From Macrostomum hystrix (lineage: Eukaryota; Animalia; Platyhelminthes), in contig CATNEN010000038.1 in NCBI GenBank assembly GCA_950097015.1, positions 14,260,001 through 14,324,000 on the forward strand: DNA of 64,000 bases, in the 5' to 3' direction. Below, piece by piece: positions 26,423 to 38,429 of this stretch. Below the pieces are notes generated by a model that saw only the letters and a list, made by a program, of their open reading frames with translations, was not told the DNA's origin and did not search any database. How positions within the stretch are numbered: position 1 is the stretch's first letter; the number at the start of each line of letters is the position of its first letter. The position numbers were made by a program, and so were the translations under genes.

Positions 26423-26708
26423 ATTTAGTCGAACAAAATTGGATTCTGAAAAGTTGGTAAGGATAAATTAGGATTTAAAATATGGCAGGAATAAAATTGA
26501 TTTTTTATATTGTGAGAAAAATTTGGATTTCAAATTATAAAACAAAGAGAACGAAATCTTAAAATCAAGAGAGAAAACTGCCAGGAGACTCGGAAAATAT
26601 TTATACTTGTAGGATCCCAAAATATAGAAAGATTTCAGCCTAATCTACAGTAAAATGAGATCCATCCGAGGGGAATACCAAAAATATTAAAAAGCATTTC
26701 TCACCTCA

Positions 26709-27414
26709 TCACTGCGACGGAGGTGGCGGCTGCTGCTGGGGGTTTGCAGGAAACTTCGGCTGTCTGGGCTGATAGCCGCCGCGAAATCTTGGCCCCGGAG
26801 GTCCGCCGCCACCGCGATGATAGAAGGCTCCACCTGGCGGATACATCGGGCCGCGAATCGGATGATGAAGATGATGCGGCGGCGGCGGACCGCGCGGACC
26901 GAACGGCTTCGGCCAGCGCGGATGCTGCAGGGGCAGCCTGTGATGCGGCTGATAATGAGGCCGGACCTGCGGCCCGAAACCGGCGTCGTCGTTTGAGCCG
27001 CGATAAGCGGCCTCCTGACGCGACAGATAGTCGTCTAGTTCGCGTTCGTCTGCGGCCGAATCTGCATCGGGCTGAGCGGCGGATGAAACAGGCGGCGACA
27101 TCAAAAGCTGCCGCTTGGCTGGCGTAGCTCCGACCGTCTTATCATCCGGCGCCTCCTCCGCCTTATTATCTGCGCTCTTATCTAAATCGGGCTCGGCCCC
27201 ATTAACTCTGCGGCGCTTAATTGCGGCGGCTCCAGAGGCACCAGAGGTGGCAGATGTAGCGGCAGCTTCAAAGGCGGCCGTGGGATCAGCGGCGGCAGGA
27301 TCAAAGGTTAGTAAAGTTTCAAAGGCGGCCTCTGGTAGGCAGCGGAGACAGGCGCCGGGTCTCAGCCGGTAGGCGGCCAAAGCCGTCGGGCTGTCCAGCA
27401 GCTCGCCTGAACAG
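26709..27414 (-). CDS. MBD5/MBD6-like protein, coding exon 2 (second half of MBD-like domain, KRRR, Pro/Gly/Arg-rich tail)
   Basis: Acceptor CCTCTAG| at 27416-27415. The phase-2 join gives FT-S-CSGELLDSPTALAAYRLRPGACLRCLPEAAFETLLTFDPAAA, which aligns by eye with MBD5/6 SPSG..L......YL...GTC..........VFNFDP. Total 1923 nt (641 codons). Confidence 0.78.
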
Positions 27415-27646
27415 CTAGAGGTCATTTTAGAAAAGAAGGCGGAGAGAAAACACAGTGAGAAGCCGAGCTTTGTGATTTGGTTTTTGAAGGTTGTTTTTTA
27501 TTTTCTTGTTTTTCTTTTCTACTTTAACTTTTTCTATTTTTCGCTCATCTTCTTACTACTTACAGTAGCTTCAAATGTTTTCATCAACTGGCTGTGAAGT
27601 TATTTTTCTTTTCGGCTGTGAAGCTACATTAATTAACTTGGGTGAA

Positions 27647-27948
27647 GGGGTTTCAGTGGCAGAGCGTTCTAACGCGTTTGCCTCTCGCATTAAGGTCCCA
27701 ATGCTCGATTCCGCGGCGAGGCAACATTCATTTGGGGCGCAGCCGCGGAGAGAAGGTATGGGGGCTTGTCGTGCAATTTACGCCCTTGAGGGCCAACCTC
27801 CAAGGCATGCAGTGAGTGTATACGGACTGACAACGAGAAAGTCAGGGCAGATGTACACACCTGTGTGTGATCAGAATCAGCAGATTTGACAGAATTGCCT
27901 TTCGCTGAATGCGGGTCTAGCTACTGTCACGAAATTATTATTATTATT
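27647..27948 (+). mobile_element. tRNA-derived SINE
   Basis: A-box-like TGGCAGAGCG (27657), B-box-like GCTCGATTCC (27703), a body of about 230 bp shared with 13277-13399, and an (ATT)5 tail. Confidence 0.78.
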
Positions 27949-29089
27949 CCAATAAACTTGTCTATGAAATCATATTTTACTATTATCCTATTTAAGAAGT
28001 ACTATGCGAACTGTTGTTTATTCTGTATTTTCTTATGGAAGAGGGTCATTTGTTTTTTTATTCCTAATTGTCATTCTAAACGAAATTGTTTGTCACAGAC
28101 TTTCGTTTAACTACGGGTAAAACACAATTATTGCTGTTTATTGTTTATAAACGTGTTTTAGTTGTCTCGCTATTTATAAAAAAGCAGCAATCTCGGCACA
28201 ATTAACCGTCTGCCGACTAAAAACAGAAACGATCATTATCTTACAATTGAATTTATTATTATTCTAATACGATAGAGAGAGAAGCACACTAGAGCGTACT
28301 CTGCTATGCCGTCTTTTTAATGTTCACGCTAAAGAAATCAAGCAAAAAATGGCATCATTCCAGTTAGGATAGAAAAAAGCTAATTAATTGACTACGTTTG
28401 TGGCATATCATTAAAACATGACAAAGAGCGGCGGTTATCTAGAACACATATTTGACTGCCGTGCGGTACAGTTTTTGGATTGTGAAACGAAAATAAAATA
28501 AGTATGATAATATTAATATTAATAATAATAATCAAAATGCCTGCTGCCAAAACTTGGACAAGTAGGTCCAAAATGTACACACGCACACACGCACACACAT
28601 ACATTATAGCAGTTCTAAATGTGTAATGCGCGAACACACCAAAATATTTGCTTTTTTAGAGAAAAAAATTAATGACAACCAATGGGCCAAACACTTTCAA
28701 TGCGATAGGATGGGAGATTTGCGGTATTCCTGTTATTTCTGCATCGAATGGGAATAGAAACTAGGTAGAAATGTACTAACTACTATGAGCAGTGTAGTGT
28801 GAAAGATTTTCAAGTTGTTAGAGAAATTGGTTATGAACTAATTATTTTAAAATCTAGCTTCTGCCAAACAGGAAATAAGCTATAAATTAGGTGGGGTGGA
28901 GACAGACAGGTAATGTTTAGGCTATGCGAGATGGATCAACCGGTTTGAGAACACATTTTAGCGATCAAGCTAAATATTTTAGTCAAAGCATTGATTTATC
29001 TAGACTTTAACCTGATCTCAATTTCAATCATTAGAGCTTTCAGTGCTTCAGTAAATAATCACATTAATCAGATTGATATCTATCAGGAT

Positions 29090-30170
29090 ACTTCATCGCC
29101 TGAACTATCATATATCATGTCTTCAGTGCCTGAACTATCATATATCTCATGTCTTAAGTGCCTGAACTATAATATCTCATATTGCTTCAGTGCCTGAACT
29201 ATAATATCTCATATTGCTTCAGTGCCTGAACTATAATATCTCATATTGCTTCAGTGCCTGAACTATAATATCTCATATTGCTCCAGAGCCTGAACTATAA
29301 TATCTCATATTGCTTCAGTGCCTGAACTATAATATCTCATATTGCTCCAGAGCCTGAACTATTATATCTCATATTGCTTCAGTGCCTGAACTATAATATC
29401 TCATATTGCTCCAGAGCCTGAACTATTATATCTCATATTGATCCAGAGCCTGAACTATAATATCTCATATTGCTTCAGAGCCTGAACTATAATATATCAT
29501 ATTGCTTCAGTGCCTGAACTATAATATCTCATATTGCTCCAGAGCCTGAACTATTATATCTCATATTGATCCAGAGCCTGAACTATAATATCTCATATTG
29601 CTTCAGAGCCTGAACTATACTATCTCATATTGCTTCAGTGCCTGAACTATAATATCTCATATTGCTCCAGAGCCTGAACTATTATATCTCATATTGCTTC
29701 AGTGCCTGAACTATAATATATCATATTGCTTCAGTGCCTGAACTATAATATCTCATATTGCTTCAGTGCCTGAACTATAATTTATCATATTGCTTCAGTG
29801 CCTGAACTATAATATCTCATATTGCTTCAGTGCCTGAACTATAATATCTCATATTGCTCCAGAGCCTGAACTATTATATCTCATATTGCTTCAGTGCCTG
29901 AACTATAATATCTCATATTGCTTCAGTGCCTGAACTATAATATCTCATATTGCTTCAGTGCCTGAACTATAATATCTCATATTGCTTCAGAGCCTGAACT
30001 ATAATATCTCATATTGCTTCAGTGCCTGAACTATAATATCTCATATTGCTTCAGTGCCTGAACTATAATATCTTATATTGATCCAGAGCCTGAACTATAA
30101 TATCTCATATTGCTTCAGAGCCTGAACTATAATATCTCATATTGCTTCAGAGCCTGAACTATTGTATCTT
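29090..30170. repeat. 32-bp intronic minisatellite TGCTTCAGTGCCTGAACTATAATATCTCATAT, ~33 copies
   Basis: Tandem units read directly. Confidence 0.97.
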
Positions 30171-31088
30171 ATAATTCGTCAGTTACCTGAACTAATTTAG
30201 ATAAAACATTATGCTAGAACTACCATATTCTATCATCGTTCAGTTCCTCAGCTGGCAGTTGTAACCAATGGCTAATAAAACAAAAATCATAATAAAAAAA
30301 TTGCAGTCTAGAAAAAAAATCACGTAAATCTGTGCACACTGACTTAAGAGAGACGGGAATGTTCACAGGGGGGAGGTTAAATGAATCGTTAAGAGCATAA
30401 GCATGCATTGCCGTGAACCGCAAGTTAATTAATTTAGATCTCTCACATTTAATGGCAAATCCGAATTGAACAGATTAAATATTGCAGAGTGTGTTTAGTT
30501 AACAGTCTTTTACACACTACTTATAGTATGGAGTGCTTTATAGACTGTGCTAATGACCCTCCTTTAATGAAAATTTGATTTATTACTCAATCAAGACAAT
30601 ACGGATTTAGTAGACTTTGATAGATTTTGCTAAATTGTAAAGAATTATAATATATTTTAAGAAACCAATGTCCATTACTAATTTCAACACCACACTTAAG
30701 CTTGAACTGAAAATTAGATACCTTGAAGTGACGTATTTATAGCGACAATTTTTAATGAATTTATAAGAAAAAAAACAACTAAATTAGATTGTGAATCAAT
30801 GACTATCAACAATCACGTGTGTATGTATTGGGACTGCAGTGGAGTGTTTTGAGTTACATTATTTGTTAGGCTAAAGCGAATAAATTAAACCAGCAGCAGA
30901 GACTACAAGACACGCACATATACTATACGCACAATGGTTATAATCCACTAATTTGGAATTATTCTAGAATTGAAAAAGCTGCATTTTTTCAACACTTTAA
31001 AGCAGTAGCTTTCCCTAACTAATGAAATTAGAAACACTTCTATTAATTCTGGTAGATTCAGGGGCCGTACGGCAATTTTTATATTGAG

Positions 31089-31450
31089 ATGATTTTAATT
31101 GGTCAGCCTGCTAACCAATGATTTTAATTGGTCGGCCTGCTAACCAATGATTTTCATTGGTCAGCTTGCTATCACATGATTCTAATTGGTCTGCCTGCTA
31201 ACCCATGATTTTGATTGGTTAGACTTCTAACCCATAATTTTGATTAGTCGGCCTGCTAACCAATGATTCTAATTGGTCGGCCTGCTAACCAATGATTCTA
31301 ATTGGTCGGCCTGCTAACCAATGATTCTAATTGGTCGGCCTGCTAACCCATGATTTTGATTGGTTAGACTTCTAACCCATAATTTTGATTGGTCGGCCTG
31401 CTAACCAATGATTCTAATTGGTCAGTCTGCTAACCAATGATTTTGATTGC
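31089..31450. repeat. 29-bp minisatellite ATGATTCTAATTGGTCGGCCTGCTAACCA, ~12 copies
   Basis: Imperfect tandem units carrying inverted CCAAT/ATTGG. Confidence 0.92.
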
Positions 31451-33232
31451 TCAATTTCTAACTTATAAATCAAAATCCCAAAACGAAAACCGTTAAGTTG
31501 CAGGAGAGAGAGAGAGATGAGAGAAGGAAAACGAGAAAAGGCGAAAAACGCACACAAAAAGCTGTTAAATGGAAAACAACTAAAAGTCGAATAGATTAAT
31601 TAATTTCGTTTCAACTAACTATAACGTTAATCTTAGTAAGATTTTGGCTGACAAAAACGAGCAGTTACAAAATAATTTATATAAGCTATCTCCATCTGCC
31701 ACGAGCAAGTACAAATGTAAAAAAAGATGATAAATAAATGATTTATTAGGGCAATCAGGCAGTTAGAGGGGCGTGTGTCTGTACATATGTGCTCTTTCTG
31801 ATTGTGTGCCACTTCACGATAACAAACTTTAAGTTATTTTTTATAATAATATAAATATTGAGCTCACAATCAAATTAAAATTAGCTCACACGCTGCTAAT
31901 AAAATGGTCACTCCTATTCCACTACTAGGGCTGCTCATAGGAGAGCCAAAATGGAAAAAAACAAACTAGCAGCATAGAGAACTGTGCAAAATTAGACAGA
32001 GAGAGAGAAGAGAGAAATAGAAAAAAGGCAGTAAAAACGTAACGTGACGAACCAGTTTTTTGTTTTGTTTAAATGCAAGCGGTTATGAACAATGAATAAA
32101 CACATGTGTTGGTACACAATTAAACATACAGCACGTACAAATTTGTATTCGATATTCTGCTTCTCTATTATTGCTTCTATAGTTTCAATTTCTGCTATCA
32201 CTGTTGCTAACTTAGTCAGATTTGCTTTTTTATTAATGAAACAGGCAAACAAATAGTACAGGTAATTTTCTTGTTGCTTTCTTTTTTTAAGAAAAAAACC
32301 ACTATAGATAGATAAATATTTAATTAGCGGTTTGAAATTGTGAACAGCTTTTAAGTACCTACCTACGCCATGCTGACGAGCTAGTTCAATTCATTAATTT
32401 ATAATTTACTACCTACTGAATATTGGCTGCTTCTATTAGAATTTTTTAGCGGTGTAAAACATAACGCTAATTATAAAAGTATAAAAACTATGTTTTGTTT
32501 CAGCTTAGCCTCTATGCCCACAAGTGTTCTATATTTTTTAAATACAGTTTTTTTAATTCAAGAAGCTACAGAAAACTAATTCGGAAGTAACGAGAACAAG
32601 TCCCGTACTTATTAAAATAACTAGAAATAAATTTCTTATTTAAATTTCATACTTAAACAGGAATTCAGCATGGCGTGCGAATGGTCAGTCCGTAATTGGC
32701 TTTTTGGAACCTGAAATATCAGAGAAAAATGAGGCAAATTTGCCAATTCAAAGGCGTCTTTTAAGCTGGAAACAGAAACAAATAATCATGAATTTGTTCT
32801 TTACGGCACATAAATGTGTCTTAAAAATACTACTTACGAGTATCAGAGAGTAATATGTAACGCGTTTTCTATTGGGACAGCTTTTGAACTGTACATGACA
32901 TTAGGGCCAAATTTTGTCAGTTATAGTAGTCTTCTTTTTCATAAAATTCTAAATGAAATTGTATAAATTCTAACCCATACTTGACTAGTCTAAATTTGAT
33001 GTCAATGCCGATTAACCGACAGATATGGAAGTAAGCCTGAAAATTTCTTTCAAAAACGAGTTTCTTAAGACAGGGAATTAATGAAATGGATTTTCTGTTG
33101 CAATGATAAATGCGTTTAGCAAAAATAGATTAGCTCTTATTACTAGATGAGTAATAGTAACCATATAATAATAGTAGGATATTGTCAGCCCATTGTTAAA
33201 CTCTACCCAAAACAGGAATACCGTCAGCCTAC

Positions 33233-34449
33233 CTGGTGAAGGCCACGCTGCCATTGTCGCGGATTATTCTACGCCAGGGACCGACACACTTGCCGATGCT
33301 GCCAGTGCTAGGCGTCAGCACAGTTGCTGATGAAACAGTTGCAGTCGAGCCAGAAGTGGCAGCAGACGACGATACGGCGGAACCACCAGCTGAAGTTGAA
33401 CTAGTAGCTGTTGTTGTCGTAGTTGCAGAAGAAGAATTATTGTTGTAGAGTACAGGTCTGCGTACTATGGTACAGTTGGGGTCATCCTCTGGCTGGGGTG
33501 GCGGCGGTGGCGGCGGCTGCTGCTGCTGAGGTGGCCTAGCAACAACCGCATCGCCAGAGGACACACCGGGAGCAGCCGCAGCAGTGGCTGACGGAGAGCC
33601 ATTGGTGAGAGCAGCTTCAGAGATAGCTGGTACAGATTGGGACACATGGACCTGATGCTGAAGCAGATGCTGCTGGTGCTGGGACTGCTGCAATAGTTGT
33701 TGGGCAGCAGCAGCTGCCGCAGCCTGCTGCTGGTGCTGCTGTTGAAACAGCAAATGCTGCTGCGCATCTTTGCCTAAATGAGGAGATCTTGCCGCGGCTG
33801 CAGCTGCAATTAACTGCTGCTGCTGCTGTTGCTGCTGAAGAAAATGCTGGGCGTACGCATTCTGCGTAGCTAGCAATTGTTGATGCTGCAACAAAGCTGC
33901 CTGCTGCTGCTGCTGTTGCTGATGATGCTGGTGCAGTAGAGCCAGTTGTTGCAGCTGCTGTTGCTGCTGATGTTGCTGCTGAAGTTGTGCAGCCTGCTGA
34001 GTAGCTAATAGGTACTGCTGCAATTGGCTCTGCAATACAGCTGGATTAGCAGCCCCTGTTGACATTGGAAACAGTTGCTGGGCAGCGGCAGCGCTAACAG
34101 CCGGAATGAGTTGGGGCGCATGTGCACCTGGCAGCATGACATACTGCAAAGCCTGCTGTGGCAGCGAGGCCGTGGCAGCGGCTGCTGCATAACGTTGGGC
34201 CTGCATTTGGGCAGCAACCTGGGCTTGGATCTGAGCCTGGGCAGCCTGAGCGGACAGGCCAAACTGCCCAAGTTGAGCAGCGTGCAATGGAATACCCCCA
34301 GCTGCTAGGCTAACGGCAGGCTGAGCTGCTATAGCTGCCTGTGCCTGTTGTGGCTGCTGCTGCTGCTGCTGCTGGCTTGCAGCTGCCGCATACAGTTGTG
34401 CCAAATATGCCTCAATGCCACTAGTAGCTGCACCAGGCTTAGCATTCAT
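33233..34449 (-). CDS. MBD5/MBD6-like protein, coding exon 1 (Q/A-rich region and first half of an MBD-like domain)
   Basis: 406-aa ORF ending ...VGPWRRIIRDNGSVAFT with donor AG|GTAGG (GT at 33232-33231, phase 2). Resembles the MBD5/6 segment VP.GWQR.V...GVLYVS. Confidence 0.78.
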
Positions 34450-34947
34450 ACTTTATAGTGAATTTTTATATGAACCAAAGATGCTTTCAGATATTTTCTT
34501 TTAGTTTAATGCTGATGGGATGTAGGTTGCAGATTATACTAGCACAGTACTATGTCCAATGGCCATATTGAAGTCTTCAATTAGATAATAGAAAGACAAC
34601 TTTGCTGAAATAAAATATTATGCAGATTACTCTTTAACTTGCTATTTGACTGTTTATATTCCACAAAACAGTTATGACAAACCAATTTATAAAGCTTAGT
34701 TACAATGATCAATGATCATATCATAATATCATAACAATTAATTATAAATGTTAATTAGGTTAATGCTAATTAAAAATGTTGATTAGGAATGTGGTAATAT
34801 GGTTATAGTTATACTTTCCAAACATTTTTGTACATAAGCATATAAAAAACTAGGCCATATTATATAAATAGATTTAACTAAAAACTCTTTTGTTTAGCCT
34901 ATACATTATGATAATATATGATAAAATTTACCTTCTTTATAACTTAC

Positions 34948-35072
34948 CTTTTAGTTCTATTCTGCTGAATAGCTACTGCTGTATTGCCTTGGTCTCTCAG
35001 CTACTGTTTTTATTGAATTATTTGTAGGCAATTGAAATTTATAAACAGACAAGTTGGCCAACTTGGTCGTAA
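34948..35072 (-). other. Candidate non-coding 5'UTR exon of the MBD5/6-like gene
   Basis: Minus-strand acceptor TTCTTATTTCAG| at 35074-35073. Donors AAG|GTAAGT (34947) and AAG|GTAAAT (34931). Downstream acceptor TTTTATTTCAG| at 34606-34605 lies upstream of the ATG at 34449. Confidence 0.5.
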
Positions 35073-35099
35073 CTGAAATAAGAATAAATCTAACACTTT

Positions 35100-36270
35100 G
35101 CAATCATACATGTGTTGTGAGCTGCGTCTCATAACGACCTTGCCCCGGCCCCTGCATCTCCAGCCCTTCCACCCCAGCCGCCTGCTCAATCCGGTTCTGC
35201 CCGGCCCCGGCTTAGGCCACCCTCCGTTGGCATGTTTGTCGTCGTCATTCGCCCATTGGCTGTCCCCTGTGCCGTCCTCGCTAGTCCAATCAGGCCTCTT
35301 GCCAAGGAGGCTTCTGATTGGCTAGCCGGTCTCCTTCTCTCTCTCTCTCGGCTTGCAGCCGACCCCAGCCCAGCCCTGTTTGCTACCACCCCAGCCCTGC
35401 GTGGCTTAGCCCTACCCCGTCCAGCCCTATGCCCTCGCCCCACCCCACGCGGTTATTTATTTGCGCGCGCTGCCCGTGGCCAGCCCGCGCGCAGCTCGGC
35501 CCAAGTACTGCCTTGAGAACGCTGTCTTGAATTATAGCAATAGCTTAAATAGGAGGTTAGGCGCGAACGATTGTTATAGAATACATTACGCAGCCTGAGA
35601 CACTTCGATTGATATGAGTTCAGCATTCAACCCCTCCCGGTAAGAAAAGCATTTACGAGTTATTTATTTCTTTATTATCGACTCTTGTTCCTCTGCCCAA
35701 CCTCGGCTGCTGCCAAAAACTCACCATCATCCTTCTCCTCCAGAGTCTTCCTCGAGTCTGCGAAGTGTCGGTACGCTTCCAGACCATCATCTACCTCTCT
35801 CTTGGGCTGTCGAGTGGCTACCCGCTCGCAGTCAAAACCTTCAGTCAGGGCTTAGCGAGTGTCAGTACGCTCCAAGTCCATCCCGTCTCTCCTTGGAGTG
35901 TCTGGACGCCTCGAGGGTCGCTGCTTCCCCCCTTCTACCCCCGGCAAGCTTTGGGCGGTCCGTACCCGAACCCCCACTACCGCGTTGGCGAACTGCCGAC
36001 AATACAAAAGAATTACAACACATGCGCAACTGCCCAAATCTTAGCCGGCCATGCGACTTAGTTTTTGCTCTCATTTGTGACTTAGTTTGTTTCATTGCTC
36101 TATTTACGACTTAGTTTGCTCTCATTTGCTCTCATTTTCTCTCCCCTTTTTCATTTTCTTCACGCCTTCCTTTTTTGTCCCTTGGTCCCCCCTTCGATTT
36201 TTTTGCACTTGGTTGATTGGTTTTTGCGACTTACCTTGCTTGGCCCTCGTTTCATGTTGGAAGGCCCTAC
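35100..36270 (-). promoter_or_regulatory. GC/CpG-rich promoter and 5'UTR region of the MBD5/6-like gene
   Basis: GC-rich island within AT-rich DNA. CCAAT/ATTGG boxes near 35255, 35287 and 35317. Minus-strand donors ATG|GTGAGT (35724) and AAG|GTAAGT (36234). Confidence 0.45.
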
Positions 36271-36672
36271 CTTAAAATTTTACTTTATTGATATTTGCTT
36301 AGAAGATGTATTTTACAAAATGCCCCTGCCTCAATAATAAGATAATTATATTAAAGAATGTGACAATCACTATTGATATTAAAAAGAAGGTAGACAAAAA
36401 TAATATATTAACAAATTTCTATATATTTTCAATCTAAAACTATTTTTTAACTCCTAAAAACTTAACTTATTTTGTCCTAAAATCTTAGTTTTTAGGATAA
36501 AATAGTCATTTTTAAGTATATGACTAAATCATGACATAGGGCCAACTCCAACAGTGCCATAGTAAAGACATTTTTTAACTGTTTTCAAAAGTTAAAGCAT
36601 GACTATATCGACACTTTTGACAATGACAGTGACTCACAGTATAATGCACAGTAGTGCCAGCATATATATTTT

Positions 36673-37391
36673 TAATTTTGGAAGTGCTTATTCCTATGGT
36701 CCTGTGCCGATAATTCCAATTTTATCCACACGGATCCGTGCAGATAATTTTCTGCTTATCCACATGGCAGCTTGTATGAATAGGTCTACTTTCAAGTCCC
36801 TACCTATTCTTCTCTGAGCATAAGACTTTTGCTTCAGAGTATAGTGTATAGTGTACACTATTGATGCATAGTGTAAAATAATAACAATGATGTATATACT
36901 ATAATATGTGTGACGAGTTTGGTGCTGACTAGAATTCTGCTGGTTGAGTCATATGATTTTCTTTGATAGATAGACTTCTTACTTTTTAAGTCAATACAAT
37001 TCTAATGAAAACAAACATGTAGGCCCTAACGTAACAATGACAAAAGATTTAGTAAGTTGTTATTACAATAATTAAAAAGGATGACATTAATGTCAGTTAA
37101 TGAATGTGTAGGTTGAAATGTAGTATAACACTGTCGTAACACACTGGCAACTTTGTCGATCTATTGGCTCGAGGGTTCAACAAAATGTTCAAACCTGAAA
37201 GGGCCTCGTTTCAAAGAACAGAATCGTGTGGATAAAATTGAAATTAACGGCATGGCATATTTATATAAAGAGTTTTAGACTTATTCATACAAGATGCCGT
37301 GTGGATAAGCAGAAAATTATCGGCACGGATCCGTGTGGATAAAATTGAAATTATCGGCACGGGACTGTGGGAATAAGCTCTGCCAAAATTA
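36673..37391. mobile_element. Inverted-repeat (MITE-like) element with ~115-bp arms
   Basis: 36673-36788 is the approximate reverse complement of 37276-37391. The ORF track shows the same pseudo-peptide on both strands. No clear TSD. Confidence 0.65.
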
Positions 37392-37969
37392 TAGGCAGAG
37401 CTTTTTAATTTTACTAATATTAATTGACTGAACTGGCTGTAGCTATAAGTAGCTTTATTTACATTACAGTCAAACAAAAATTGATAAATGTACTGGAAAA
37501 CAGGTTGCTTGAAGACATTGTGAACGAGCTTTTAGACTTTATCATAAATTATATTATTTACATAAAAATGAGTTGCTACAAAAACTCAAGAAATTACTGT
37601 CAATAACGTAGTTTAAAAAGTAGACAGAGAGAAGAAAAAACATTTTAACTTATAACAGTATAATTTACCGAAATTCTGCTAGATTGATTTAAAAAACATT
37701 AAGGTTCACACGAATGTGTTGTGTGGTTTAAAAAAAATTTACTCGTGTGCAATTGTTATTGTTATTATTAACGTCTCTTGATTTCGTAGAATTGTTGCAA
37801 TAGTTCATTTAAACATAATCTGATATTCAACACAGAGCCCCAAGAGCCAAGCTCTCATCTCTTATCTCTTATCTCGAGCTCTTACCAAGAGCCCCATAAG
37901 AGCAGAATTACACAAGTAACTTACATTTGATACAACTTAGCTTAATGCTACTAAGGTAAATTTGAATAC

Positions 37970-38201
37970 TATCCCCCCAGCAGGGAAGAGAACTAATGAA
38001 ATGTCCCCTAAACAGCAGAGAACCGATGTCCCCCAGCAGTAAAAAACCAATGTACCCCCAGCTGCAGAGAACTAATTTCCCCCAAGCAGCAGATAACCAA
38101 TGTCCCCCCAGCAGCAGAGAACCAATGTCCCCCAGCAGTGAATAACCAATGTCCCCTAAACAGCAGAGAACCAATGACAATGACAATGTCCCCCCAGCAG
38201 C
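37970..38201. repeat. Degenerate ~24-bp array AACCAATGTCCCCCAGCAGCAGAG
   Basis: About 9 imperfect copies. Confidence 0.8.
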
Positions 38202-38429
38202 TTGACATATAGACAAGGTTGCTTGCTATACAAATATATCTATGTTATAGATATGTTTGTATAAATCTATAGCTATGCATTTTATATGAGTTTAAAAATT
38301 AAGTTGCACCTTCTTTATACTAGGCCTAGGCCTAGTCACTATAGAGGAAGTAGGTAGGCTTATGAGCATTCCTCACTTTAGAAATTGTCTAGTAGGTAGC
38401 AATGCCTAGTGAAATAGCCATTGCCAAAT

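Noticed and set aside
26709-27425. Stand-alone single-exon 238-aa gene starting at ATG 27425
   Set aside because: Better explained as exon 2 of the MBD-like gene, given a phase-compatible acceptor 9 nt downstream of that ATG.
36715-37345. TTATCCACA words matching bacterial DnaA boxes
   Set aside because: Eukaryotic context; they are sub-repeats of an inverted-repeat element.
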